Assembly (NCBI GenBank): GCA_001642005.1
Contig: LWCA01000179.1
Coordinates: 1-43,699 of the forward strand
Length of the DNA stretch: 43,699 nucleotides
Direction of reading: 5' to 3'
DNA from: Intoshia linei
Lineage: Eukaryota; Animalia; Orthonectida
The translations under genes and the position numbers were made by a program. Position 1 is the first letter of the stretch; every line of letters starts with the position of its first letter. The notes under the pieces were generated by a model. It was given only the letters and a program-made list of their open reading frames with translations. It was not told where the DNA came from and did not search any database. Of this stretch, positions 1 through 13,400 are shown piece by piece.

Positions 1-118
1 CTGATTTAATGACGATTTTTCAATCCTGATTATAATATTTATAGCTTAAATTGAGGTCGTTTTAAAAAGGGGAGTATTTTATTTGTCAGTATTTAATTAC
101 ATATTTATCAGTATAGAC

Positions 119-180
119 CAGTGGTTCCTAAACTTTTTCCACCATGGACCACTTGTCACACAAATAAATATGTATGGACC
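119..180 (+). mobile_element. hAT (Buster/Charlie-like) MITE left end, relic
   Basis: CAGTGGTTCCTAAACTTTTT terminus preceded by 8-mer GTATAGAC (nnnTAnnn); subterminal TGGACCAC motifs; no partner end found. Confidence 0.6.
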
Positions 181-688
181 ACATAATTTTTAAAAAAAAT
201 CCCCTTAATCGTGAATACGTCACTAATATAATGTTTTTTTATTATATATTCCTCCTTAAATCGAAAATTTTACATTAATTTTGACAAGGTAGCTTCAAAG
301 GCGTAATTAAAAAAAATCTTAATTTCAATCATACTTATGGCGAACTACCAGTGCCATATGCAAGATCCTTCCACTGAGGGATCTCGATGAAATTTTTTTG
401 AAAATGAAGGCTTTAATATACTGACAATATAATTTTTTTCGCTACCCTTCCAATTTAAATATTGACAATAAATTATTTATAACTGATACCTAAAATACTG
501 AAAAACTATTTAAGATACTGACGATATAAATATAAGCCTTTGAAAAATGGGGTATAGTTAAATTGTTATTTGTGATGAAAATTTGGAAGTGCCGTCTGAT
601 TTAATGACGATTTTTCAAATTCTGAATATATTTTTAATTTTAAGTTATGAAAAATAGTTTTTACTGTTTAATTGATGATTTAATTTAG

Positions 689-856
689 AAAAATAGATTG
701 ATTATGGATAGACGAGATCATTTAATTAAAAGACATCGAACCATTAATGCGATTAAGACATATTCTAAATTTAAAAAAATTAGAACGAAGAAAATGACTG
801 ATTCTAAAAATGCAATGATTCAGAGATTGAAAAAGAAGGGAATTGAAATTAAATAA
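689..856 (+). CDS. Possible terminal exon of a gene starting left of the window (Lys/Arg-rich)
   Basis: TTTAG acceptor at 687-688, then 55 open codons (KNRLIMDRRDHLIKRHRTINAIKTYSKFKKIRTKK...KKKGIEIK*) in very AT-rich DNA; no homology recognised. Confidence 0.35.
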   Translation, partial: KNRLIMDRRDHLIKRHRTINAIKTYSKFKKIRTKKMTDSKNAMIQRLKKKGIEIK

Positions 857-1199
857 ATTTGTATTATTTTCTTTAAATTTAAAATTTTTCTATGTATTTG
901 TTATTTCAACTACGTGTATAGCTCTGCACCGTCCGACATTGTCCTATTCCGCGTCCTCCAAATGTTTTAGTCTATTATGTGTAACATGATCAGTATCCTA
1001 ACTCAATGTAATATATATACAATGTATTAATATCGATTATTTTTATTGGTAGGCATCGTCAAAATTTAAAAACCTGATGTTATTGTCGGTTTACCATAAT
1101 TTACAAATTCATGTTTCTGTGATTTTCATTGCCATAAAGCTGAATATTTAGGTAATGCAGCGTTTAATGGAACAATTTAATTAAAAAATACAAATTACT

Positions 1200-2488
1200 T
1201 TATATGGATTTAATGTACTAAAAAAATATATGAAGAGACATTTAAAACGAAACCTTTGATAGTATAAAAAACCAAATATCGTCTTTGACCTGAAACTTTG
1301 TTTGAGTGTTTTGATAATGGCGTAACTGCTCTTTAAGACGCAAAATTATACCAGTAAAAATGGTATATTTTACAAAATCCATATTGTGTGTTGAAACAAA
1401 TAAATAATAATATATTAATTTATATGCATCAACATCTTGTACTTTAATTTTTGAATTAATTGTATTATCTATACAATTTTCCACGTTTTTCTAAAATAAT
1501 TAATATTTAAAACATCAACAAAAATACATCCATTTCACTTTTTAATTTTCCATACCATTAACTTTACATAATAATTACTGATAAATGACAAATAATTTAG
1601 CGTATCATCAAATTTAGGACTTCAGAAATAAATTAAAATAGCTTATATCAATTTTGACAAATAATGATATTTTAAATTATTAGTGATGTTGAGCCAAAAC
1701 ATCCTAATGTACCTCATTACGGTTAGTGATTTAATGGATTTCCGAAGTTTTCTGACTTAAGTTAGGTCTTGGAATACATTTTAAAATAATGTATTTCAAG
1801 AGTATAATATTCGGACATGGCATACTGTTTAATTTGCAATAAATATATAAAATATACCAAATGTATTATACCTTAATAAATTCAAATTTACTTTCCAATA
1901 GCGCATTGTCATATTTATTTCCGGAGTTGATTAAACAGTGTATACATTTAATGAATTTCAACTGATTAGACTCATCACATCTTAAATTATTTATAGACAA
2001 ATATTACAATAAAATTGATACATTCGTTTAAAAGTATCGAGAGGATTAACCGATGGCACCGCGACTCTGACTAATTTTTTTAAATCCAGCATATTGAAAA
2101 TGTAATGGTACAGAAAATAGCATTCAAAATTACCAATCTAAAAGAGATTAAACAATAAATTCAAATGCATATAAATTACCCCATCTACAAAGAATTGGCC
2201 AATAATTTCTAAAAAAAATAAATTTATTTATAAAGTAAAAAACTTTTCACATTCAATCGAGCATTTTGTCGAAGTTGGTTAGATTTTTCATAATTTGGAT
2301 GATTGTGCAAAAAGCAACCAATTTGAAGCATTGAATAATAACAATAAATTATATCACTACATTTATAATTTTAGAATAAAATTTGTTATATTAATATTAT
2401 ACTCGCATGAAAATACAATTTGTTGTGGTGATTCAATATTTGACAAATTTATTAATATAGATTCAATTTTAGACCAATTCATAGACAT
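1200..2488 (-). CDS. Hypothetical orphan protein, ~272 aa, 9 exons
   Basis: Exons 2488-2403, 2356-2244, 2208-2180, 2137-2022, 1980-1872, 1824-1778, 1619-1556, 1490-1254, 1217-1200 join in frame through GT-AG introns, mostly 35-47 bp; includes track ORF 1242..1484. No family recognised; both ends uncertain. Confidence 0.6.
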
Positions 2489-2543
2489 TGGATGGGTGGT
2501 GTATTTAACAACTAAAATTAAACAACTTTTACCAATTTAAAAA

Positions 2544-5081
2544 TTAATTACAATAATTTTGGTTGGGTAAGTTTTCAAATAAATGTAGTGGCATTAGTCC
2601 AGAAATTTTGATTGGTATACTGGTAATTTTATCATACATGGACAAGGCATATAAACCCAAACAGGTATGTAATATGTCTAAATATGTAAGAGTAATTTTC
2701 TTTTAAAAAAACAAATATCGATAAATTTAAACAAACCATAGGAAAAATGGCTACATTTTAAAATTAACAATTTTATTAGCATTTGAAATCAAAAACCTGG
2801 AGGCATGTCTATATGAGAAAAGAATCCACCATATTCATTTCTGCTGTAAATAAATTCTTTAAATTTTTCACTATCAATCAAATGATTACTTTCTAAAATC
2901 TAAAATATGGTAAACAGAAAATAAAAAATTTGTACATTTAATGATCCTCCTATCCAAAAAGAATAGCAAGTATCAATTTTTTTGTTTGGTCGTCCATTAA
3001 ATCCATAATTATTGGCAAGGCGCATCATACACCAATGTATAATTCTATCCTTGGTATTTTCTATTGCATCCAGCCGGTCCAATAATTCTAAAGATGCTAA
3101 CGCACAAAATGTGGACCCACCATGACTTTCACCTCCAGGGTATTGCCCAAAACCACCGTCATAATTTAATGAATTTTGTATAAATTCTATAGTATTTTCA
3201 GAGTTTATATACTTTAATCCATCTTTAAATAAACGGCAAATTGAAACAGCATTAAATACATGTCTCATGTCGCTTTCTTTGGAGAGATGTCCAGAAAAAA
3301 ATCTACAATATTATAAAAAATAAATACATCAATATGAAAACCAATTTTTCATTTTTTTTAAAAAATTACTTAGAACTTATTTTAATAATTTGTCAATAAA
3401 ACAATCTAAAAATCCCGTTTCAAAGCTTTCTATAAAACTTTTAAAAATGACTAAATTTATAAAAATCACCATGAGAAACGAGTATATCAACTTAAACCCT
3501 CAAATAGATTCAATTTAGAATATTGTATATTCGGAGAGTCGACTAAATTTCAAATACAACTGTTTCCTAATCATATTTGTGGGTACGTGTACTTTTTTAT
3601 TTCTAACAAAAAGTGTGAAATTAAACACAATTAATGTAATGTATATCGATAGTTTCATGCATTGTAAACTTCACTGAAAGTTCAAAAACATTTACCCTAT
3701 CATGAAGCTTAAAAGAATATTTTAAAGCAAATTAAAACAACAAAAGGTCAATTTTACCTTCCTAATCCAATTTTTAGACAAAACTGTTCATCGTGCCTCA
3801 TAAATCAATGCCAAATTTTTCTTTTAAATTCAAAGTTGAGAATTAAACCATGTAATTTTATTTAACAGAAAAAAAATGAAAAACCTTGCACAGTACGCCT
3901 TCTCTAGTTTGCTAACGTTATGATTTACCATAAATTTGACATACATACATTTGTAGTAGAGTATTTGGCAAAATAGAGTAAATAACAAAATAATTATAAT
4001 AGTATTATTAATACTATTAATTTTAAAACAAAATTATTCATACCTTAGTACCCTGTAAAAAAAATATACTTTTCGAAAAAAATTGTAGTCAACTACGGAA
4101 TTAGCTGATTAATTGTATATAGAATATATAAAATATAAAAAATGACCCTCCTTTAAGAAATCCAGTGTTAATTTGCAAATTTGACAAATTTTGCAAAATT
4201 TTAGTTTGGTTCAATCGTTTCAAATCATCGCCGAGCATGATTAACGTAGCAATAGATGAATGGGTTAAAGTTAAATTTGTAGGTATTTTATAGTATTCCT
4301 CCGGACAAAAGTTATTTGGTTTACCGTTTATATATCCATAATGAAATCCAAATGGTTTAATTTCATTTTCAAGTAGATCTGAAATTTATATAATATAAAA
4401 TTTATCTGGGCTAGCAGAAATTAAAAACGAAATATTACCATCTGTTGGTTCCGCATAATTTGAATATATCCAGTCGATCATATTTTTTACATCATTATGA
4501 TTCAAACGTAATTGATCTAAGACAGAAAGAGCTCCAATTGAATAAAATAAAATAGCCGGTCTAAACAAAATTTAAACCAATGTAAGTTTAAATTAGCAAG
4601 GATCGTGGAAAGGGGTCACAGGGCACGAGTCTATTATTTAATTAATTTTTAATTTTAATAATACTCGTCATTAAAATGATCTCTATTTTAAAACGATTTA
4701 TTTTAATATTTATAAAATTTTAAAGTCGATCGCATCAAAAAAAGGTTGGGCACCCCTGATATAGAGTAATACTCAATGTGAATGATGATTCATTAATCTA
4801 AAAATGTTCAACGGAACCTAAAAATAAAGTAAAATTCTTTAATTTTCTTAACAATACCAATATCATAATAGTGGCATGACATTCTGTGGTAACGTTTATA
4901 TTTATAATTACATTTGACAAAGTTGTCAACATATTATGTATAACTATTTGACTTAATTATAAAATAACCTATTTTGTTCTAGGTCTTTAACTAAATCGGG
5001 AACAAGATAAAGGCATCGTTCGACATAATCACAAATACTTTTAAGATTTAGTTGTGAATCGTGATAATAAATATTATGCAT
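2544..5081 (-). CDS. PGGT1B: Geranylgeranyl transferase type-1 subunit beta, ~356 aa, 6 exons
   Basis: Exons 5081-4969, 4560-4439, 4378-4147, 3302-2936, 2899-2797, 2677-2544. Prenyltransferase repeats GGESHGGSTFCALASL and GFNGRPNKKIDTCYSFWIG (Zn ligands D, C), DILHT (Zn His), LGDDLKRLN. Confidence 0.9.
4742..4758 (-). mobile_element. hAT MITE right TIR (relic) in PGGT1B intron 1
   Basis: AAGGTTGGGCACCCCTG (reverse complement CAGGGGTGCCCAACCTT) followed by ATATAGAG (nnnTAnnn). Confidence 0.55.
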
Positions 5082-5215
5082 CAATTATTATTTTCTGTCC
5101 AATAAATATTAATCTATTATACACTTGTATAAACACAATCAAACTTTATTTATAAATTTACAAAGATTAATGATTTTTTTCTTTTCTTTATTTATCAAAT
5201 TATTTCCATTTATAC

Positions 5216-5236
5216 CAGTGGTGATTAACCTTTTTT
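5216..5236 (+). mobile_element. hAT MITE left TIR (relic)
   Basis: CAGTGGTGATTAACCTTTTT preceded by ATTTATAC (nnnTAnnn). Confidence 0.4.
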
Positions 5237-5746
5237 GCAGAATCGCCCATTCTTCAATAAATTCACCGTTCTGTTTAAAAATTACTTGTGCTCAAGTCAT
5301 TTTGTTAGTTTATCAATATTCTCACATTCGATGATCCAAATTCGATGGAATCACATTCATATACATCAGTTTGCATAATTTAAGCAAACATATTAACAGA
5401 GCCAAACTTACCAATATGAAGGTCACGCGAAGATTAAACGTGGGTCCTAGAAAATTCGAAAACGATGCAGTGTAATTAGTCCTACTCGAAGGTCTTGACT
5501 TGAGATTTTAAATATACACAAAAAACAGTTTTAATATACAAGAATATAATTTTTTAATTGCTAAATTTGGACATATAAGGTTCATTTTATAACAATTTAG
5601 TTTACCCATCTCTTCAAAGGGTTTCTGGTATGATATGTTCGGATCTACGTTTCAGCAGGTTTAATAAAAATTTAAAAAAAAGAAAGAGTGTATAACAGAA
5701 TAATATTTTAATTATTTTACAAAATTAAATGGTTATATATTCAATA

Positions 5747-8700
5747 TTAATATACATGATTAATTGTCAAATCCAATGTTAAAAGCAATACAATTAATAA
5801 CAGCATTCCGAAACTCGCATCTAAATTTAATTATTATTTTTTTAAAATTACACAAGACATGATGCACTTTATCTGTAATGTTTTTAAACTTTCTTAAAAG
5901 TTTGAAACTAGAATATTAATTATGGGGTTTAGACACCTCTACAAAAAATTTTCTGTTTGACTTCTTTTATGGCCCATTAATTTTATTTTTATTTTCTATA
6001 ATACTCAAATCATAGTTATGAAAATCTTAATCTTAAACCTAGCCAAAGACTGGTTTAAAAAAATTAAACTCATCCATGGACTAATTGTGAAATATTACAA
6101 CTCTTTTTCTTTAAAACGTTTGGAAAACCCTGATTATCAAAATTTTAAAATACACATTCAATCCACGTTAATTATTGCTCATTATTTATTTTTATTGTAA
6201 AAGAAGTGATAATACTACACAAATATTACATAACAAAAATCTTTTTTTTGATCTTTCGGGAGAATTGTAAGAAATTATGAGAGCATTATTAATCTGTGAT
6301 CTATACATATATAAATATAAATATTTGATTGAAATTTATTAAAATTTTATTAAAATCATTTTTTAGTTCATTTATTCATTCATTCATTATAATTCATTTA
6401 GTCTAATGGAAAATAGATATTAAATTAAATGGCGTTAATTAGAAATAATTACTATCATTTAGGAAATATAATTTTTCTCTTTATTTTATTTTTGTAAATA
6501 ATTAAACTATAACATTTTAATGGACCCAAAAACCTAATGTGAATACTTGGGTCCACTTAGGCCCGTTGATAATAGTTGGCTTATATAGTCCATTTTAACA
6601 ACAAATAATAAAATAATATTTTTTTATGTTTTTTTTCTTCTAAAGTCATTTAAATAAGCTTAGACCATTTTCAGTTTGTTTACAATACAATGTCGAAAGT
6701 TACCGTCACTAATGAATAATTATGAACCTAGAATACTAGAAGTAAAATGATATATTGCATTATAATGGCATGGATTGCCCACGGCCGTAAGACCGCATGT
6801 TGTGCACCCCTGATCTATACCCTTTCGAATATATCAATAATGAGTTGCCAATTTAAATTTTAATATATTTTATTATTTATACTTAAAATACCCGTTAGGT
6901 GAAAAAACATGATGTGGTTGATTACGAATGAACTCATCTCTTGAATCTTTTATGATTTCTTTAATATCAACTTCCAATACTTTCGATTTTAGGTATTTAT
7001 CCAATATAACCACATCATCTATACTTAACAGCATTTTAGCATTGTGTCTCATTATCTAATTATATATATAAAATTTTTAAAATAATTTTTAATCACGATT
7101 CATTATTTTCATTACATTTACATGTCCAGTAAAACCTCATTTATTTTCCTATTTTTTTTTACTTAATAAAATGAAATAATTATTAATTAATATTAAAATT
7201 TATATTTACATTATGTTTGATTTTATACAGTTCAGTTTAAGTCTATTCTTAAATCCAACCATTTTTCTTTAAATTATATTATTACTTATTACATTAATGT
7301 AAATTACTTAACAATACTATTCTTTATTAGTTTAAATTTTAAATAAAATTAATAAATCAAAAATGGACTGTTTCTTCAAATTTAAATGTTGAACAAAAGG
7401 AAATATGATATTGTGCTGTATTTAAAAACAAAAAAATGTCTGATTTAAAAAAATTCTATTCCAAATATTACTAATATAATTAGAAAAGATTACAAGTCGG
7501 TTAAGTGCCGCTGCAAATGGTTTCTAAGAAAAACATGCTACCACGTTTTCCATGACCTTCATAAAAAAGGTTGAATGTCATTGATTTGCCGTAGAAAATA
7601 TTTACAAACCGAGGAAGGCCACTAAAAAGATCTAATAAAGCAAAAATCAAATATTTTACAAACATAAATATGTAAATTATCATCCATAATAATTAATTAA
7701 TGTTTTTTTGCTTTAGTTTTAAAAAGTTTTATTTGTTTCATCATCAGTTTGATTAAGTAATAAATCGGTTATAACAATTGTTTATCTATGCTTAATAAGC
7801 ATTTCTTATATTTAATAGGCGTCTATTCTCTATAGCGACATTCATTTGAGCGATACATCATAGAGCGCCATAATCATTATTTTACTAATTTATCATATGG
7901 AATTTTTCAAGAAATTTTTGTTGGTTCCTTGAGGGAAAATTTTTTCATCCAGTTTTTAAAGATTTTTATGATAATTTTTCGACCAATATTTTGAAGGGTT
8001 TTTAAAGGGAACTTTTTTTTATCCAATTTTTAAAGATTTTGAATATACCTTAAAATGTTAAAAATTTACCCTTCAACTCCCTATCAAATTTTGGTCTCAA
8101 AATTATCTTGAAAATCTGCAAAAATTGAATGAAAAGATGAGATTTTTATAAAAATGGTTGGTATTTAAATAGACGCATTTTAAAGATGTATCTAATTTAC
8201 TACATATATTTATTAGGGCTGTTCGTTTGTGACAAGATTTTCGATTCAACAAAATTCCACCCCTACCTTGAAGAGGATACTTGAAAACCCATAAAAAATT
8301 TTTTTATAAAAAAATGACTGTAAAAATATCTACCCTTATTGAATTTTAAGGTTTTCGCGCGCATTTTCTCCTTTTTCTTAATTGACCCCAATAATTTTAT
8401 TTTAAACATGGATACGATTAATGTACTACCCACTAAGAAATAATACCAAATTTGGAGTGAAAAAATGAAATATTTAACCTCATAGGGCGTTTTTTTCATA
8501 AAAAGGGGTTTTTGTAATATTGGTCATATTTTTTTGTTATATATTTTTTTAAATTGTGGCAGTATTGAGAGGCCTAACTTACAATGTAATTATGAAATGG
8601 TCTTAAAAAATATACCGTTACTCCGATGTATATGGGCATGAGAAAATGGCTAGCAATAATAAAATCATACAACCTCAAAATGTTGTACATATTGTTATTT

Positions 8701-9764
8701 CCTTGTGAAAACCTAAACTGTAAGTTCAACAATACTATTCACATAGATAAAACAATAATAACATAACACATATTAAATAAAAATTACCAAGTTCTGAACC
8801 AAGATCCTGTATTTAAGTGACCACCATAAAGTCTGTAACAATTTGAATTAATTAATAAACTTAATAATAAAAAAAGAATAATTAAATATGTAAATTACTT
8901 GCATAAATGAGTATGTAATTCTTTGTCCACATTTTCAAGTAAATTTAATGAATTAGTAGTCCACAAGTCTTTTTGCATTACCATTAAAGATCTACCAATA
9001 TATATATAAAATTTATTCATTAATGTCGCTTTAATTTTACTTTAAATGAGTCTCGCATAAACGTAGCATTATATCGATACAATCTTCGTATCCACTCACT
9101 CCTAATATTATCAAACATATGTAAGGAAAACCCTAAAGCAACATTTAAACAATAGCTTATTTTTAAAAATGAAAAAACTGACTTCCGTCTTAAAAAATGC
9201 AAATTCTAATACAATATTAACAATTTTATTATCTTAAAAATTACATCATACCATACATTGTACATAAATTAATTGTGTATTAACTAAATATTTTGTATAC
9301 TATTCAAAAATGGTTTAAAATTTACTATACGTGCTAAATCCTTTTTGACAATTTTTTATCGTCATTTATAAAAATATTTTTGCAGCTTTAAATTTTTTTA
9401 AATAAAAAGCAATTTTACCTGAAAATAGCAATAATTTCCATTTAATGAATTAAAAATATGCAATAATGCAAAATAAAAGTCCTTTTTCAAAGTGTCTTTA
9501 TCTTTGTAGGTGGTATTTGGACTATTTAAAACTAAATTTTCAAATAAAATTTTAAACAATATACATTATTTTACCAGGATTGCAATTAACTCTATCAATG
9601 TCTGTATTTAATTGAGTTAATATTTTTTCAGAGATGACTATTTTTGTTAAATCTTTTGGATATTTTCCCAATGAGTTTATGTTTGATTTAACTTGTAATT
9701 TATTCAACCATATTTGTTTGCGGTTTATTAGGCTTATTTTATCGGTTAAAATCATATCCATCAT
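5747..9764 (-). CDS. TBC1D20: TBC-domain Rab GTPase-activating protein (TBC1D20/Gyp8-like) with C-terminal TM anchor, ~312 aa, 9 exons
   Basis: Exons 9764-9575, 9531-9419, 9132-9041, 8991-8899, 8832-8788, 8712-8616, 7055-6892, 6300-6230, 5820-5747, all phase-compatible. Arg finger LNTDIDR, Gln finger YFQG, SWFRTWF, RLYDFIIASHFLMPIY (compare RLYDFFLACHPLMPIY), hydrophobic tail FGMLLLIVLLLTL. Start codon uncertain. Confidence 0.85.
6795..6812 (-). mobile_element. hAT MITE right TIR (relic) in a TBC1D20 intron
   Basis: GCATGTTGTGCACCCCTG followed by ATCTATAC (nnnTAnnn). Confidence 0.5.
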
Positions 9765-10451
9765 TTTTAAAATATTGTATTCTTTTTAATGATTTAAATT
9801 TTTAGATTTGCAGATGTCCAGGTTTGATGACAGATGGAAATCTATTAATAATAACACAATAGACCTCAGTCAATATATGAATCAGTACATATAAGTTCAG
9901 TTACTCATGGCCCATGAGTCATGGGATGTGACTATTTTCGTATATTATGGTCAAATAAAAAAACACGAATAAAGCTGCATCTATGTGAAGAGCGAAAAAT
10001 TAAAAACAGGCTGTATAAGATTTTACTCAGGTACTACATAGCTACATTACATTTTTTACCGCAACAACCTTCCATCTTAAATTTCCAAAATCTCATACAA
10101 TATAAACACTTCCAGTAAGTGCTTAAAACATACCATGTTCACTATTTTTCATCTGCTTGTCAGAAAATTTTTTACATGGTCTAACCGTTAGACTCTAACA
10201 GTATTTGTTTTTTGAATTTTTTGAAAGTCCTTTTTGAGTATAATCATTTACAAGAAGTATTCGTTGATAAGAATCAAAATGGATACAAAAACCGTTTAAT
10301 TATAATTATGAAATTTAAATTTAGGTGACCTCGTTTTACAAAAATTTACATAATAAACATAATCCGAGGGATTCAGTGAGACAGAGTGAATGCCAATAAA
10401 TAATAAACAATTGATACAATGAAAACATTATTTATTTACAATTAAATTAAT

Positions 10452-13400
10452 TTATAGATGCGGGTTTTTCTTCTTTTGAGTACTGATATACAAGACTAAA
10501 TTAAAACATACACCTATAATCAAAATTGAAAATCAATCGTTTGGATAGTGGTTCACAAACAACGAATATCATTATGTCATTTTTTCTCAACCTATTTTCC
10601 ATTGGGACACACTTGGAAGCAATTAAAATATTTTGGCGCTCCAGCAAATAAAAAAATTGTAAAATTGATTAAAAAAAGTGGTTTCAATACAATAAACTAA
10701 AATTCCAAGTAACTGACCTCTATGAAATGGTATATACCAGCCATTCTCAACGAGGTACATGTGGACCTCAGGGGTTCACAGCCGTTTTTTAGGGCCAATA
10801 AAAAATTATTTAGAGAAATAACAAAAGTGAAAATAATATTTTGGCAATGATAGTAATTATTTCTAATTAATGCGTTTAATTTAATATCTTTTTTACATTA
10901 CGACTAAATTTAAATGAATATATTAAATACTCCATATAAACGTTAAACAAATAATTCTGTATCATTCACTTATATAAAATCTAATGTGTGTGTTACCGTT
11001 TATTTTAAAAAAATTAAAACCACAAATTACCCTATGTTTAAAAAATGTAATCAATTACTAATGATACATAAAATTTAAAAATAATGATTTTCAAACCCGT
11101 CAGAGAAAGTATGTTTTTTACCTTGAAGTACTCAATTTCGGAAAATCAAATTTGCGATGCTGCATCACTCTTGAAAAACTGTATTACCAATTGGTTTTTT
11201 TGAAATAAACGGTAATACCCACATAACATTTTATATATTATTACTAAAACCCAATCATTTTTGCTTAAATTCAACCATTTTTCAATAGAATGAACAAAGT
11301 CTATTGAACAAAACTTGTAAATTTCAATGATACGATTTGACAAGTGAGCCAAGTGAACCTTATTTACTCATAAAATCTAGATCTTTCATGATTTTTTTGT
11401 TATTCACTATTGATAAATTTAATTTATGAAGGTGTAGATTTTTTGAAGTATGTTAAAAAATACGCCAAGTATGTATTTTCAACACGAAAACACACTTTTT
11501 GCTACATTGGAATAGAGGAATTATTTTGGTTCTACAAATCAAAGCTGCAGTAAACCTACACCAGCCATTCTCAACAGGGTCCATGAAAATTATATACATT
11601 TATTACATATTATAGACATTTTCAGTAACATAAAGTCGTTTTTAAAACATAAAGGCTCATAAATATTAATATAAAACGTGAAAATCATGTAAAAGTAAAT
11701 TCTTTGGAATTTAATTAAATTACTTAACAGTGTAAAAACTTATTGGGAAATCTCTATTGTTCTATTTTAGGAGCAGCGGTTTTATTTAATTATTTTATTA
11801 AAATTTATGACTGAGCCAAGTTTCTAGTCATAAAAAAAGCTTTAAATTTCGTACTGAAAATGGGACAAAAAACCAGTCAATATTCATGATTCTATGAAAC
11901 ATCAACCAAGGGTTATAAAATATTAATTCTTCACAGGGAAAATAGATAATATATGGTTTTTATTGATCTGATAAAATATGTAGTAAACAATTAATAATGT
12001 ACTGTAAACAATACCTGAAAAACATGTTCCATTTTATGAACATTGACGGGTTATAGGTTAATATTAATAATTCATCAAGTTTATCACCTCGCAAAAATAG
12101 AGCACTCCATGTCTTTTGACTATCATTCGTTTCACCAAAATGTAATAATTCATTAAAAATTGTCATTATTATTAATTTTTTTTAGGGGTCCACAGCGAAA
12201 AAGAGTTGAGAATGCCTGACCTACACTATACTGAAATGATAAAACAAACTTTTGAAATTTTTAAACTGGTCTATTTAATCACATATTGAGAGATTGAAAT
12301 TCCATGAAAACTTCCGTAAATATTAGTGTTTGAGAAGGAATCCATTTAGTAAACTACAAATACCATTATTTCCTCGAATAAAACAATCGCCCAATTTGCT
12401 TCTCAACTGTCCACTAATATATTCTTCAGTTTGTTCCAATGCAATATTCATATAACCGTCCAAACATGTCAAAACTCCTAAAATATGAATCATATTAATT
12501 TTGTCACATTAAATCAGTGGTCCCTATTAGGGTTCATGAGATTTAAATAAAATATAAAAAAAATTTATCAACTTTTGTTTATAATATATATATTTTTATA
12601 GGAGAATTTTTAATATTTATTACAGATTTGGCAGATATTTTGAATTTATCTTAAAAGCTAGACGACCGGTACAATATTATTTAAAAAATCCCACTTTATC
12701 CAATCATTAACAAAATTTAATATAAAAATACGAATTTATCACATCTTTTCAAAACAAATTGTTATTCCAACCTTACAATAAAAATCTAATTTTATCAACG
12801 CTTAAGGGAAATATCCTGTTTTTCCAATATTTTTTTAAGAATCCGATTTTACCAAATCTTATGAAAAAAAACTTTAATTTTTTCATAAATGTTTTATATT
12901 TCATGTTTCCTTTGGGGTCCAAAAAAATAAATACTTTGAAATGGGGGTCCGTACACTATTTAAATCGGGGACCACTGCATTAAATGAACAGCGATCTTGA
13001 GCCAAATCAGAACCTATTGTGCGTCGAGAGTCTCGACTCGAGACCCATCTTGGGACCTCGACTAAATTTTTGTAAAATGGTGCCATTTTTCCCCCCAAAT
13101 TGAGCGTTAAAAAATTAAATTCTTGAAAATCATAACTATGCTGTGTGTTAAACTTAAAATGTCAAAATAAGATATTTATAAAGGTCCGTGGCAGTTAAGA
13201 CGAGGCAATTTGGAGTGTAGGTTTAAATTAAATCTTAGTTCATTGATTTTAAGTTTCGCATCGCCCATATCATCCACAAATTAGATAAAATGCATAACAA
13301 ATGCAATAAAAAAATGCAATAAAAAAATGCAAGGAAAACAGGAAACTAAATAAAAAATATCAAAATCTATTTGCAGCGTATTACACGGGTTCATAAGTCA

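Noticed and set aside
1-618. 23-bp direct repeat at 1-23 and 596-618 as CRISPR or LTR
   Set aside because: Only two copies 595 bp apart, one cut by the window edge; eukaryotic context; probably a TE-related duplication.
5404-5500. U1 snRNA-like start (AAACTTACC) with a following hairpin
   Set aside because: No U1-70K loop, U1A loop or clear Sm site; equally explained as a minus-strand splice donor (GGTAAGT).
6299-6820. Complete MITE defined by ATCTATAC at 6299-6306 and 6813-6820
   Set aside because: No left TIR follows the first 8-mer, which overlaps a splice acceptor; probably coincidence.
7501-8499. Short track ORFs in TBC1D20 intron 6 (and similar 60-100-aa ORFs elsewhere)
   Set aside because: Low-complexity F/I/K/L-rich translations of AT-rich intron or TE DNA, many with non-ATG starts and no splice support.
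2544-9764. Functional Rab module (prenyltransferase next to RabGAP)
   Set aside because: The enzyme looks like GGTase-I beta (CaaX substrates), not RabGGTase beta; adjacency is likely chance.
9903-9919. Perfect hairpin ACTCATGG-C-CCATGAGT upstream of TBC1D20
   Set aside because: Too short to assign; likely a TE subterminal relic or chance.
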